From: Candidatus Eiseniibacteriota bacterium
GTDB lineage: Bacteria; Eisenbacteria; RBG-16-71-46; CAIMUX01; VGJL01
Direction of reading: 5' to 3'
DNA: 64,000 bases
Assembly (NCBI GenBank): GCA_963792585.1
Contig: CAWBWI010000003.1
Span: 1,152,001-1,216,000, forward strand
Below the pieces are notes generated by a model. The model did no database searches and was not told the origin of the DNA. It was given only the letters and a program-made list of their open reading frames with translations. The position numbers and the translations under genes are program-made. Positions 21,928 through 30,566 of this stretch are shown piece after piece; the first letter of the stretch is position 1; every line of letters starts with the position of its first letter.

Positions 21928-21951
21928 GACCGCCCAACCTGGAGGCTCTGC

Positions 21952-22836
21952 ATGTTGCTCAGCATGACCGGATACGGCCGCGCCGAGACGCGCGAGGGTG
22001 GACGGACCCTTGCCGTCGAGATCCGAACCGTGAACCACCGTTTCGCGGAGCTTTCCGTCCGCCTTCCAAAGAGTTTTGCGATGCTCGAGAACCGAGTCCG
22101 CGAACGGGTTCAGGAGCGCCTGAGCCGCGGGAAGATCACCCTGTCCGTATCGATGGACGGCGATGACGGCGAGCTTGGCAACCTCAAGATCGACGAGTCG
22201 GTCGCCCGGCGCTATGCCGAGATCCTCAAGGAGTTGAAGAAGAAGCTCGGGCTTGCCGGAGAGCTGGATATCTCGACCTTCGTGACGCTGCCCGACGTCC
22301 TGACGTGGGAGCGCAACGAGCTGAATGAGGAAGCGGGCTGGAAGCTGCTCGAGGGGCCCCTCAACCGCGCCCTCGAAGACTTGCTCGCGATGAAACGTCG
22401 CGAAGGGGAACTTCTCGCGAAGGACCTGACCGCTCGGATCGAGGGGATCCTCGCCGGAGTGACCCGGGTCGAGGCCCGCGTCCCCGGCATGATCGACAGC
22501 GTTCGGGTTCGCCTGCGCGACCGATTGCAGGAGATCCTGCAAGACAACGAGGCGGATTACCAGCGGCAGCGCCTCGAGGCCGAGATCGTCCTGTTTGCCG
22601 ATCGGACCGATTCGACCGAGGAGTGCGTCCGGTTGCGCGCCCACTGTCAGCAATTCGTCGAGCTGATCCGCTCCCCGCAGCCCGCGGGACGCAAACTCAA
22701 CTTCCTGCTCCAGGAGATGAATCGTGAGGCGAATACCATCGGCTCGAAATCGATCGACGTCGAGATCGCGCGCGAGGTGATCACGATCAAAGAAGAGGCC
22801 GAGCGCCTGCGCGAGCAGGTGGCGAACATCGAATAG
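21952..22836 (+). CDS. yicC: YicC/YloC family endoribonuclease
   Basis: SMTGYG, EIRTVNHRF, GRKLNFLLQEMNREANTIGSK, REQVANIE. Confidence 0.95.
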   Translation: MLLSMTGYGRAETREGGRTLAVEIRTVNHRFAELSVRLPKSFAMLENRVRERVQERLSRGKITLSVSMDGDDGELGNLKIDESVARRYAEILKELKKKLGLAGELDISTFVTLPDVLTWERNELNEEAGWKLLEGPLNRALEDLLAMKRREGELLAKDLTARIEGILAGVTRVEARVPGMIDSVRVRLRDRLQEILQDNEADYQRQRLEAEIVLFADRTDSTEECVRLRAHCQQFVELIRSPQPAGRKLNFLLQEMNREANTIGSKSIDVEIAREVITIKEEAERLREQVANIE

Positions 22837-22853
22837 CCGGGCGGGGAATCCGG

Positions 22854-23471
22854 ATGAATGAGCTCTCCACGGACCGCTGGCGCCGGATCGACGTCTCCTT
22901 TCCGATCGTCGTCTCCGGGCCGTCCGGTGTGGGGAAGACGTCGATCGTCGACTGCCTGCTGGAACTGGATCCCCAATGCGTGCGCTCCATCTCCGCCACG
23001 ACGCGGCTGCCGCGGGCGGGAGAACGCGACGGCGAGAGCTACTTCTTCGTAGCCGAGGAACGATTCCTGCAGATGCGGGAGAGGGGAGAGCTGGCGGAGT
23101 CGGCGGTCTACCGTGACTGCTGGTATGGCACGCCGAAGGCGTTTCTGAAATCGCAGATCGACGCCGGTCTCTCCGTCGTCCTCAACATCGAGGTTCAGGG
23201 CGGCCTTCAGGTGAAACGCCACGACCCCGGATCGGTTCTGGTATTCGTCCTCCCACCGTCGTGGGATGAGTTGCGCCGTCGTCTCACGAGTCGTGGGACC
23301 GACACACCCGAGTCGATCGATGGACGGATCCGCCGCGGCGTGGAAGAGCTCGAGATGGTCCGGGACTATGACTTCGTCATCGTCAACGATGATCTGAACC
23401 GTTGCGTGGCCGACCTGGCGGCGATCGTCCGCGCAGAGCGACGGCGCCGCACGCGCCTCGAGCGCGTTTAG
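22854..23471 (+). CDS. gmk: Guanylate kinase
   Basis: SGPSGVGKT, SATTRLPRAGE, YGTP, RGTD. Confidence 0.95.
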   Translation: MNELSTDRWRRIDVSFPIVVSGPSGVGKTSIVDCLLELDPQCVRSISATTRLPRAGERDGESYFFVAEERFLQMRERGELAESAVYRDCWYGTPKAFLKSQIDAGLSVVLNIEVQGGLQVKRHDPGSVLVFVLPPSWDELRRRLTSRGTDTPESIDGRIRRGVEELEMVRDYDFVIVNDDLNRCVADLAAIVRAERRRRTRLERV

Positions 23472-23480
23472 GAGGAGCCC

Positions 23481-24740
23481 GTGGAAGCAATTCCTGCGCC
23501 CCGCCGTCGCGTCGTTCTGGGCGTGACGGGGTCGATCGCCGCGTACAAGGCGGCCGAGATCATCCGTCTGTTCCGCAAGCGCGGGCTCGACGTCCACGTG
23601 GTGATGACTCCGTCCGCGCGTCACTTCATCACGCCGATGACCCTCGGCACCCTGTCGGGCAATCCGGTCACGGTCGACCTGTTCGCCGCCGAGACGGGCG
23701 GGCCCTACATGGAGTGGGGAAACGAACAGGGCATCCGGCACATCCAGGCTAGTCGCGAGTCGGATCTGATCGTCGTTGCGCCCGCCACGGGAAACTTGAT
23801 CGGCAAAATCGCCCACGGGATCGCGGACGAGCCCCTTTCGACCGCGATTCTCGCCTCCTCGGTGCGCGTCCTGATCGCCCCGGCGATGAATACGCGGATG
23901 TGGGAGAACACTGCGGTGCAGTCGAACGTGTCCCTTCTACGCGAACGGGGATATTTCTTCGTGGATCCCGAGGAGGGCGATCTTGCCTGTGGAGAGTTCG
24001 GCCGCGGAAAGATGGCCGACCCATCCGTCATCGTCGAGGCCGCTCTTCGCCTCATGGGCCCCGCGCGAGCAGATCTTCCGCGCGTTCTGGTGACCGCCGG
24101 AAGGACCGAGGAGCCGATCGACCCGGTGCGCTTCCTGTCGAATCACTCGAGCGGGAAGATGGGCTTCGCGATTGCCGAAGCGGCGCGCGATCTCGGCTAT
24201 CCGGTCACTCTGGTGCACGGCGCAGTCTCCATCGCGCCGCCGAGCGGGGTCGAACGGATCGAAACCCGCACGGCCGCCGATATGTTGAGAGAGCTCCGGC
24301 GCCTTTCGTCTTCCCACCCCATTCTGGTGATGGCGGCGGCGGTCGCAGACTACCGCGCGGCGAGCGTGAACAAGGGCAAGATCGCGTCGGGGAACGCCTC
24401 GATGGTCCTCAAGCTCGCCCCCACGACCGATATCCTCGCCGCCATCGCGGCGGGGCGCACCGGTTTGAAGACGGTCGGCTTCGCCCTCGAGACCGAGCGC
24501 GGCCGGGAGCGGGCCCGCCGGAAGCTGCGCAAGAAAGGGTGCGATCTCATCGTCTTGAACGACCCCACGCGCCCCGGCAGCGCCTTCGGCGGAGAGACCA
24601 ACGAGGTGGCCTTTCTCTACGCGGACGGTCGCGAAGAAGCACTACCTATCATGAAGAAAGAGGACGTGGCACGGGAGCTGATGCGGCGGATCGAGCAACT
24701 CGAGACGCCCGGCGCGCGCCGCGGGAGGAGCAAACGTTGA
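23481..24740 (+). CDS. coaBC: Bifunctional phosphopantothenoylcysteine decarboxylase/synthase
   Basis: GVTGSIAAYK, APAMN..MW, LACG, DPVRFLSNHSSGKMG, AAVADY, GFALET. Confidence 0.96.
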   Translation: MEAIPAPRRRVVLGVTGSIAAYKAAEIIRLFRKRGLDVHVVMTPSARHFITPMTLGTLSGNPVTVDLFAAETGGPYMEWGNEQGIRHIQASRESDLIVVAPATGNLIGKIAHGIADEPLSTAILASSVRVLIAPAMNTRMWENTAVQSNVSLLRERGYFFVDPEEGDLACGEFGRGKMADPSVIVEAALRLMGPARADLPRVLVTAGRTEEPIDPVRFLSNHSSGKMGFAIAEAARDLGYPVTLVHGAVSIAPPSGVERIETRTAADMLRELRRLSSSHPILVMAAAVADYRAASVNKGKIASGNASMVLKLAPTTDILAAIAAGRTGLKTVGFALETERGRERARRKLRKKGCDLIVLNDPTRPGSAFGGETNEVAFLYADGREEALPIMKKEDVARELMRRIEQLETPGARRGRSKR

Positions 24741-25744
24741 ATCGCGACGAGATCCTCGGGGCAATCCGGCTGCAGATGGAACAGGAGCGGAGACATGGCG
24801 TCTCGCTCTGGTGCGACGCCGATCTCGCCGCGGCGCTAAGGGCTTCCGCGCCGGGCCCCGACACGGTCGCGGGCTCCGGCGCCGGCCAGGGTCCCGCGCT
24901 CGACCGTTCCGCCCAGCTGCGCGCCCTGCGCTCCGCCATCCAGCCGCAGTCGCGCATCGGCGGGGGAGGAACCCGGCCCGGCGCACTCGGCGCAGGAATC
25001 AACCGTTTGCCGTCGGGCGCGGCGACCCCCTCCCACGCACCGGCGCGCCTGAACGCCGCGCCCCTGTCACCGAACCCTCCGCAGGCCGCGACGCCCGCGG
25101 TTCCTAGAGCACCCGCCGCTCCCAGGGCGTCGGCCGCGCGCCCGCAGTGGGGCCCGCCCCCGAGCGCGACCGGCCGTGACGCCGACTGGGAACAGAAGCT
25201 CGCCGCGCTCGAGGCGGAGGTGAAGGAGTGCCGGCTCTGCGGGCTTTGTGAGGAACGCAACTCGGTTGTCTTTGGTGTCGGTCGGGCGAGCGTTCCCCTC
25301 GTCTTCGTGGGCGAGGCTCCCGGAGCGGAAGAGGATCGCCAGGGATTGCCGTTCGTCGGGCGCGCCGGCGAGCTGCTGACGAAGATCATCCAGGCGATCG
25401 GCCTCTCGCGGGAGCAGGTCTACATCTGCAACGTGCTGAAGTGCCGCCCGCCCGGCAATCGCGACCCGCTCCCGGACGAGGTCGCGACCTGCGCGCCCTA
25501 CCTCCAGAGCCAGCTCTCGATCTTGAAGCCCAAGGTGATCTGCACCCTCGGCCGGCACTCGACGATGCTCCTCACGGGCCAGGCCCTGCCGATGAAGGCC
25601 GTGCGGGGGCAGGTGTTCGACTACCATGGATGGAAGGTGGTTCCGACCTATCATCCTGCGGCGCTGCTCCGCAATCCCGCCTTGAAGCCGCTCGTCTGGG
25701 AAGATGTTCAGAAGGTCCGCGCCCTGCTCGACGCACAGGAGTGA
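24737..25744 (+). CDS. Uracil-DNA glycosylase family 4 with Ala/Pro-rich N-terminal extension
   Basis: CRLCGLC, VFGVG, FVGEAPG..ED, PFVG.AG, CNVLKCRPPGNR, TYHPAALLR; TTG start overlaps coaBC stop. Confidence 0.9.
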   Translation: MNRDEILGAIRLQMEQERRHGVSLWCDADLAAALRASAPGPDTVAGSGAGQGPALDRSAQLRALRSAIQPQSRIGGGGTRPGALGAGINRLPSGAATPSHAPARLNAAPLSPNPPQAATPAVPRAPAAPRASAARPQWGPPPSATGRDADWEQKLAALEAEVKECRLCGLCEERNSVVFGVGRASVPLVFVGEAPGAEEDRQGLPFVGRAGELLTKIIQAIGLSREQVYICNVLKCRPPGNRDPLPDEVATCAPYLQSQLSILKPKVICTLGRHSTMLLTGQALPMKAVRGQVFDYHGWKVVPTYHPAALLRNPALKPLVWEDVQKVRALLDAQE

Positions 25745-25755
25745 AGGAGAAGACA

Positions 25756-27138
25756 ATGGCGCCCCCGCAACCGCAACAGGTCGATCCATCCATCCGGATC
25801 CCGCCGCAGAGCCTCGAAGCGGAGCAGGCGGTCCTCGGCGCCATGCTGCTCGACAAGGACGCGATCGGCCGCGCCATCGAGATCCTGACCTCGGACTGTT
25901 TCTACCGCGAGGCGCACCGGAAGGTCTTCGACGCCGTCGCATCCCTCTATGAGCGCGGGATGACCGCCGACCTGATCGGGGTGGCCGAGGAGCTGCGGGC
26001 CCGCAATCACCTCGAGGCCGTCGGCGGCAACGCCTTCCTGTCCAATCTGCAGGATCAGGTTGCGACCGCCGCGCACGTGGAGCACCACTGCCGGCTCGTG
26101 ATGGACAAGCACGTGATGCGGGAGTTGATCCACACCGGCACCGAGATCGTCCGCAGGGGCTATGAAGGGGCGGCCTCCTCCGGCGAGTTGATCGACACGG
26201 CCGAGCAGATGATCTTCTCGATCAACGACCCCCGGATGAAACGCGGGTTTGCATCGCTTCGCTCGCTCCTGCCCGGGGTCGTGAGCGCCCTCGAAATCGC
26301 GCACGACACCAAGAGCGCAATCACCGGCATCCCCAGCGGCTTCGTGGACCTGGATCGACTGACTGCAGGATTCCAGAAGTCGGATTTGATCATCGTCGCC
26401 GGACGCCCCGCGATGGGCAAGACGAGCTTCGCGCTGAATATCGCGGAGCACGCGGCCTCCGAAATGCACATCCCCGTTGGAATCTTCTCTCTCGAGATGT
26501 CGCGCGATCAACTCGTGCAGCGTTTCCTCGCCTCCTGCAGCCAGATTCCTTCGCACCGATTCCGGACCGGGTTCATCAACGACAACGAGTGGGTGAACCT
26601 GATCCAGGCGGCCGGCGTCCTGACCGAGGCGCCAATCTTCATCGACGACACCCCGGCCGCCTCGATCATGGAGATCCGGGCCAAGGCCCGGCGGTTGAAG
26701 AGCGAGCAGAACGTCGGGATGATCATCGTCGACTACCTCCAGCTCGCCCGCGGATTCTCCGAGTCGGAGAACCGCCAGCAGGAGATCAGCTCGATCTCCC
26801 GATCTCTGAAGGCGCTCGCCAAGGAAGTCAACATCCCCGTCATCGCCCTCTCGCAGCTCTCCCGAGCGGTCGAAGGACGCGACGAGAAGCGCCCCGTCCT
26901 TGCCGACCTGCGCGAATCCGGCGCGATCGAGCAGGATGCGGACGTCGTCATCTTCGTCTTCAGGGCGGAGGTCTACGAGAAGGACGAGAAGAAGCGGCGC
27001 GACCTCCACGGTCAGGCCGAGATCATCATCGGCAAGCACCGCAACGGCCCGACGGGGACGGTGAAGCTGTTCTTTCACAATGAGCTCACCCGCTTCTCCG
27101 CGGCCTCCGATCGTACCGACGAGTTCTACCCGGGCTAG
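25756..27138 (+). CDS. dnaB: Replicative DNA helicase
   Basis: PPQSLEAEQAVLG, GRPAMGKT, FSLEMS, VDYLQL, LSQLSR, DLRESGAIEQDAD, KHRNGP; no intein. Confidence 0.97.
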   Translation: MAPPQPQQVDPSIRIPPQSLEAEQAVLGAMLLDKDAIGRAIEILTSDCFYREAHRKVFDAVASLYERGMTADLIGVAEELRARNHLEAVGGNAFLSNLQDQVATAAHVEHHCRLVMDKHVMRELIHTGTEIVRRGYEGAASSGELIDTAEQMIFSINDPRMKRGFASLRSLLPGVVSALEIAHDTKSAITGIPSGFVDLDRLTAGFQKSDLIIVAGRPAMGKTSFALNIAEHAASEMHIPVGIFSLEMSRDQLVQRFLASCSQIPSHRFRTGFINDNEWVNLIQAAGVLTEAPIFIDDTPAASIMEIRAKARRLKSEQNVGMIIVDYLQLARGFSESENRQQEISSISRSLKALAKEVNIPVIALSQLSRAVEGRDEKRPVLADLRESGAIEQDADVVIFVFRAEVYEKDEKKRRDLHGQAEIIIGKHRNGPTGTVKLFFHNELTRFSAASDRTDEFYPG

Positions 27139-27144
27139 GCGAGG

Positions 27145-28572
27145 ATGGCGGGACGCGCGGAGGGCGGGCGGAAGGCGAAGGGCGAGCGCAGCGTATTTCT
27201 CTGCAGCGCTTGCGGCGACACGCACGCGCAGTGGTACGGTCGCTGCCCGTCCTGCAGCGAGTGGAACACCCTGAAGGCCTATACGCCGCCCAAGCCGCTT
27301 GCGGGCCCTGCGCGCGGAGGGGGTGGAAGGAGCGCACCGGCATCGCCGGTGGAAACACCCCCGCGCCTGTCGGAGATCCCACTGAGCGCAACACCGCGTC
27401 TCGAGACCGGGATCGGAGAATTCGATCGCACGCTGGGCGGCGGCGTCGTGCCCGGATCGGTGGTGCTGATCGGCGGCGACCCCGGCATCGGCAAGTCGAC
27501 CCTCCTGCTCCAGGCCGCCGGGGCCCTCGTCGCGCGCGGCATCGACACGCTCTACGTTTCGGGGGAGGAGTCCGCGCGCCAGGCCCGGCTTCGCGCCGAG
27601 CGGCTCACGGGCATCCCGGGGCAGATGCGGCTACTGGCCGAACCAAACCTGGAAAAGGTCGCGACGGCGGTCGAATCGCTCGGCCCCGCCGTCCTCGTGA
27701 TCGACTCGATCCAGTCGGCCTACCTCGAGTCGGTTCCCTCGGCGCCCGGCTCGCTGCTGCAGGTGCGGGAATCGGCCCTCTTCCTCCTGCAGTTGGCCAA
27801 GCAGCGCGAGATGGCGGTCTGTTTGATCGGACACGTGACAAAAGAGGGTACCCTGGCGGGTCCGCGCACCCTCGAGCACATGGTCGACACGGTTCTCTAT
27901 CTCGAAGGGGAGCGCTACCAGCACTACAGGATCCTGCGCAGCGTCAAGAACCGCTTCGGAAGCGTCCATGAGATCGGCGTCTTCGACATGCGTGACGACG
28001 GCATGGTCGAGGTTCCCAACCCAAGCCAGGTCTTTCTGAGCGAGCGCACGGCGGGCGCCGTCGGATCGGTGGTCGTCGCGAGCCTCGAGGGGAGCCGCTC
28101 GCTCCTGATGGAGGTGCAGGCCCTCGTCCACCAGAGCCGCTGGACGACGCCGCAGCGGGTGGCGATCGGGTACGATGCGCGCCGTCTGGCCGTTCTGCTC
28201 GCGGTCCTGGCAAAGCGCGGCGGGGTCGACACCGGGCAGCACGACGTCTTCGTCAATGTCGCGGGGGGGCTGCGGGTTGAAGAGCCCGGCGTCGATCTCG
28301 GTATCCTGATCGCGATCGCATCGAGCATGAGGGAAGATCCCCCACCGCCGGACATGGTCGTCCTTGGCGAGGTGGGCCTGGGCGGTGAGGTGAGACGCGT
28401 CGCGCATCCCGAGCGGCGGATCGGCGAGGCGGGCCGCCTCGGGTACGCGCGGGTGCTGTTGCCCGAGGCGAACCGGGCCGATATTGCGCGTGGGGACGGA
28501 CCGCGCTTGATCGGCGTGCGCACGGTGGCCGAGGCGCTCGGCCACGGACTCCAGGGAGGGAAGAAACCATGA
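27145..28572 (+). CDS. radA: DNA repair protein RadA/Sms
   Basis: C4 Zn finger, GDPGIGKST, DSIQ, GHVTK, KNRFG, GEVGLGGEVR. Confidence 0.97.
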   Translation: MAGRAEGGRKAKGERSVFLCSACGDTHAQWYGRCPSCSEWNTLKAYTPPKPLAGPARGGGGRSAPASPVETPPRLSEIPLSATPRLETGIGEFDRTLGGGVVPGSVVLIGGDPGIGKSTLLLQAAGALVARGIDTLYVSGEESARQARLRAERLTGIPGQMRLLAEPNLEKVATAVESLGPAVLVIDSIQSAYLESVPSAPGSLLQVRESALFLLQLAKQREMAVCLIGHVTKEGTLAGPRTLEHMVDTVLYLEGERYQHYRILRSVKNRFGSVHEIGVFDMRDDGMVEVPNPSQVFLSERTAGAVGSVVVASLEGSRSLLMEVQALVHQSRWTTPQRVAIGYDARRLAVLLAVLAKRGGVDTGQHDVFVNVAGGLRVEEPGVDLGILIAIASSMREDPPPPDMVVLGEVGLGGEVRRVAHPERRIGEAGRLGYARVLLPEANRADIARGDGPRLIGVRTVAEALGHGLQGGKKP

Positions 28573-29309
28573 CCGAGGTCCATCCGATCCCGCACGGGCA
28601 TGCGATTCTGCTCGCCGCCGGCCAGGGGCGCCGGTTCGGCGCAACGGCGGGCAAGGGATTCACCGAGATTCACGGGCGGCCGCTCCTCGCCTGGTCGCTC
28701 CTGACCTTCGCGACCCACCCCCAGATCGAGTCGATCATCGTCGTCGTACCGCCATGGGCGGAGGGAATCGAGCGGACCCGTCGGGAGCTGATCGAGCCGA
28801 TGGGTCTCGGCCACCGCGTCGTGCTGGCCCCGGGGGGGGACCGCAGGCAGGATTCGTCCCAAAGCGGGATCGACGCGTTACCGACCTCCGTCCGTGAGAA
28901 TCCGGGCACGGTGGTTCTGATCCACGATGCGGCTCGGCCGATGGTGTCGGGCTTCCTCATCACACGGTGCCTCCGCGCGCTCGCCGATTTCCCCGACGCG
29001 GCCGGGGTGCTTCCCGCGCTCCCCGTGCGGGAGACCCTGAAGAAGGCAGCCGACGCGTGGGTCGAGCGAACGGTCGATCGCGAGGGACTCTGGGCGGCGC
29101 AAACGCCGCAGGTCTTCCGCCTCGGCGCCCTGCGGGCTGCTCAGGAGAAAGCGATCGCTCAAGGGATCGCCGTCACCGACGATGCCGCGCTCCTCGAGGC
29201 CGCCGGCGAGCGGCTGCGGATCGTCCCGGGCGACATCGAGAACATCAAGGTGACCTATCCCGAAGATCGGATTCTGGTCGAGCGGTTGATGCGCGCTCGA
29301 GAGTCGTAG
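28569..29309 (+). CDS. ispD: 2-C-methyl-D-erythritol 4-phosphate cytidylyltransferase
   Basis: LAAGQGRRF, GGDRRQDS, IHDAARP, AQTPQVF, TDDA, NIKVTYPED. Confidence 0.95.
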   Translation: MTEVHPIPHGHAILLAAGQGRRFGATAGKGFTEIHGRPLLAWSLLTFATHPQIESIIVVVPPWAEGIERTRRELIEPMGLGHRVVLAPGGDRRQDSSQSGIDALPTSVRENPGTVVLIHDAARPMVSGFLITRCLRALADFPDAAGVLPALPVRETLKKAADAWVERTVDREGLWAAQTPQVFRLGALRAAQEKAIAQGIAVTDDAALLEAAGERLRIVPGDIENIKVTYPEDRILVERLMRARES

Positions 29310-29310
29310 C

Positions 29311-29787
29311 GTGGATCGCGTCGGGATCGGCTACGACCTGCATCGTCTCGTCCCGGGAAGGCCCCTGATGCTGGGCGCCGTGGAGGTTCCCCACACCCTC
29401 GGGCTCCTCGGCCATTCCGACGGGGACGTGCTCGCCCACGCGATCGCCGACGCGCTCCTGGGCGCCGCGGGGCTCGGGGAGATCGGCATCCTCTTTCCAG
29501 ACAGCGATCCCCAGTGGAAGGGAATCGCGGGCGCCGCGCTCCTCACGCAGGTCGCCGCGCGCCTCGGGGAGACCGGCTGGAGGATCGGCAATGTCGACAG
29601 CGTCGTCATTGCCGAACGACCGCGGCTGGCGACCCACCGGACCGCGATGCGCGACGGCCTCGCCGCCGCGCTCGGCGTCGATGTCGATCGTATCTCGGTC
29701 AAGATCAAGTCGAACGAGGGATGCGGGGCGATCGGACGGGGCGAGGCGATCGCCGCTCAGGCGATCGCCCGATTGACGCGGGATTGA
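29311..29787 (+). CDS. ispF: 2-C-methyl-D-erythritol 2,4-cyclodiphosphate synthase
   Basis: GIGYDLH, GHSDGDVLAHAIADALLGA. Confidence 0.96.
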   Translation: MDRVGIGYDLHRLVPGRPLMLGAVEVPHTLGLLGHSDGDVLAHAIADALLGAAGLGEIGILFPDSDPQWKGIAGAALLTQVAARLGETGWRIGNVDSVVIAERPRLATHRTAMRDGLAAALGVDVDRISVKIKSNEGCGAIGRGEAIAAQAIARLTRD

Positions 29788-29823
29788 CGGATCCCGGGCG
29801 GGTCGTCCCGCCGGAATTCCCTC

Positions 29824-30132
29824 CTAGCCTTCTCCCCGCAGCTTCTCCTCGACGCTTCGGATCTTGTCGTCCATCGTTTGGTCCCGGTCCGTCCGTGTGC
29901 CGACGCGGATCGTCGTGGAGATGCGGGGCGATCCCATCGCGTGGACGGTCTCATGGCACTTCCGGAAAGCCGAGAATACCGCATCCCACTCTCCCTCGAC
30001 GTTCGTGCCGTAAGCGTGAAGCCGCGGATTCAGCCCCGCCTCGGCGAGAACCCTCTCGCAGGCGGCCACGTACTTCGAAACCGAGAGTCCCACCCCGACC
30101 GGCACGACACAGATATCGGCGATGACCTTCAT
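29824..30132 (-). CDS. MTH1187/YqgV family thiamine-binding-fold protein
   Basis: VVPVG..SVSKYVA, LHAYGTNVEGEWD, HAMGSPR, GTRTDR..KIRSV; GGAGAGG SD. Confidence 0.85.
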   Translation of the reverse strand: MKVIADICVVPVGVGLSVSKYVAACERVLAEAGLNPRLHAYGTNVEGEWDAVFSAFRKCHETVHAMGSPRISTTIRVGTRTDRDQTMDDKIRSVEEKLRGEG

Positions 30133-30566
30133 GAGCCTCTCCTCTCCTCGCGCGTCCATCGGTGGGGCGAGCGACGTGAGCGGCGACCGTTCCGTCCTCC
30201 TACCCCGAGACGGATGATATCGGTGCCCTCCCCGCCCGTCTGCCCCCCTCGTTCAATCGCCGTTTCTCAGGAAGACTCCGTCGTCCTCGGTCCGATCGGG
30301 AGAGCTCGGCTGGATTGGCGGCGAGGGGCGCCCCCGAGACTTTGGGCCACAGGGAGTTTCGTACGAACCAAATTGCCTCGTCCCACGTCCAATCAGGTCG
30401 TCCGAGTCGCCCTGTGCCGGCGCATCGCCGAGAGGTTCATGGGAACCCGGAGGGCCCTCCCTGCGCTAGAACGCAGATCGCCGCTTGTACCCGGGGGGAC
30501 GAGAGGGTAGGGAGAGTAGGTCGTGACGCTCGCGGATGGGCCACCACCGATTTTCGGGGAGGATCG

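Noticed and set aside
25756..27138. Intein in dnaB
   Set aside because: The protein is normal length (~460 aa) with contiguous helicase motifs
30133..30420. TPP riboswitch upstream of the thiamine-binding-fold gene
   Set aside because: CTGAGA and ACCTGAT occur on the minus strand but in the wrong order and spacing
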